Notes under the pieces: model-generated | The model's input: only the letters and a program-made list of their open reading frames with translations | What the model was told of the DNA's origin: nothing | Database searches by the model: none | Made by a program: the position numbers and the translations under genes | From: an uncultured Nitrospiraceae bacterium | GTDB taxonomy: Bacteria > Nitrospirota > Thermodesulfovibrionia > Thermodesulfovibrionales > SM23-35 | Length of the DNA stretch: 64,000 bases | Direction of reading: 5' to 3' | Assembly (NCBI GenBank): GCA_963727775.1 | Contig: CAVSHB010000001.1 | Span: 480,001-544,000 of the forward strand | Shown: in pieces, positions 63,243-64,000 of the stretch | Position numbering within the stretch: the stretch's first letter is position 1 | Layout: each line of letters begins with the position of its first letter

Positions 63243-64000
63243 ATGAATAACAGGCCAGCTTTATACTTATTACCTTCTGCACCTACTGATAAAACAGGGT
63301 GGCCATGGACAAAGGAAAGCCCACCTTTGCCGGATACTATGCCTGATGATAAAACATGGCCGAAAATCAGCATCGTAACTCCTTCGTATAATCAAGGAAG
63401 GTTCCTTGAAGAGACCATCCGTTCGGTATTGCTGCAGGGTTATCCCAATCTCGAATATATCATCATTGATGGCGGTTCCACAGATAACAGCGTTGAGGTT
63501 ATCAAGAAATATGAGCAAGGGCTTTCTTATTGGGTGAGCGAGCCGGATCAGGGCCAATCAGATGCCATTAATAAAGGGTGGAATCGTTCAAGCGGTGAGA
63601 TAATGGCGTATTTAAATTCAGATGACTTATATACTCCTGGTGCAGTTGCCGAGGCAGTAACATATTTTCAAAATTTTCCTGAATGTGCCGTTATCCACGG
63701 ACAGACAATGGTGACGGACGAAAACGGCAAAGATATGAAAATATTCGGCGCTCCTTTTGATTTGCAGTCATCCATCGATGGGTGCAACGATCCCGTTGCA
63801 CAACAGTCTGCCTTTATTAGAAAGGATGTGCTGCGAGATATCGGTTTTATGGATATAACACTCCATAAAGCGATGGATTATGACCTTTGGCTAAGGATTG
63901 CCGTCAAATATCCTTTCCATTTCGTGCCCCGGATATGGTCAAAATTCAGATCCCATTCAAGATCAAAGACCATGTTAAATATCACACTCCGGTCGGATTG
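63243..64000 (+). CDS. GT2 glycosyltransferase, 3'-truncated by window edge (absent from the ORF track)
   Basis: WPKISIVTPSYNQG, IIDGGSTD, GQSDAINKG and YLNSDD. Confidence 0.93.
   Translation, partial: MNNRPALYLLPSAPTDKTGWPWTKESPPLPDTMPDDKTWPKISIVTPSYNQGRFLEETIRSVLLQGYPNLEYIIIDGGSTDNSVEVIKKYEQGLSYWVSEPDQGQSDAINKGWNRSSGEIMAYLNSDDLYTPGAVAEAVTYFQNFPECAVIHGQTMVTDENGKDMKIFGAPFDLQSSIDGCNDPVAQQSAFIRKDVLRDIGFMDITLHKAMDYDLWLRIAVKYPFHFVPRIWSKFRSHSRSKTMLNITLRSD

Overview
Bacterial chromosomal window. Gene style and content suggest an anaerobic Gram-negative organism, possibly Nitrospirota/Thermodesulfovibrionia; this is inference only. (1) 1-10.7 kb is a mobile-element graveyard ending at tRNA-Ser(TGA). 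It holds the end of a tandem tyrosine-recombinase (RIT-like) element inserted into a group II intron RT, an IS1182 plus MITE splitting a lipoprotein gene, a 4-ORF IS481-like element, a 147-bp repeated element and a 5x20-bp tandem repeat. (2) 11-23.4 kb is housekeeping: tolQRAB-pal-cpoB-moaA, PagL-like protein, tRNA-Pro, ChaN, cyclophilin, CBS-DUF47-Pit and class II aldolase. (3) 24-35 kb is decaying accessory DNA: an MjaI-like R-M system with IS3 in the methylase, broken TA toxins, IS630, ybgC, Smr, a (GKSSV)16 protein and a decayed caspase/TPR operon. (4) 35-38.6 kb carries peptidoglycan recycling genes (ampG, DUF1460 amidase, nagA) and an unannotated two-UGA selenoprotein. (5) 38.7-64 kb is a long surface-polysaccharide operon headed by a NusG/RfaH paralog and an ops-like element: rfbACDB, manC, gmd, fcl, uxs, pseudaminic acid genes, wzm/wzt and GT2. 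The most striking item is an ATP-grasp ligase fused to a KamA-type aminomutase radical SAM domain, located where PseH would be in the pseudaminic acid pathway. This suggests a beta-aminoacylated nonulosonic acid.
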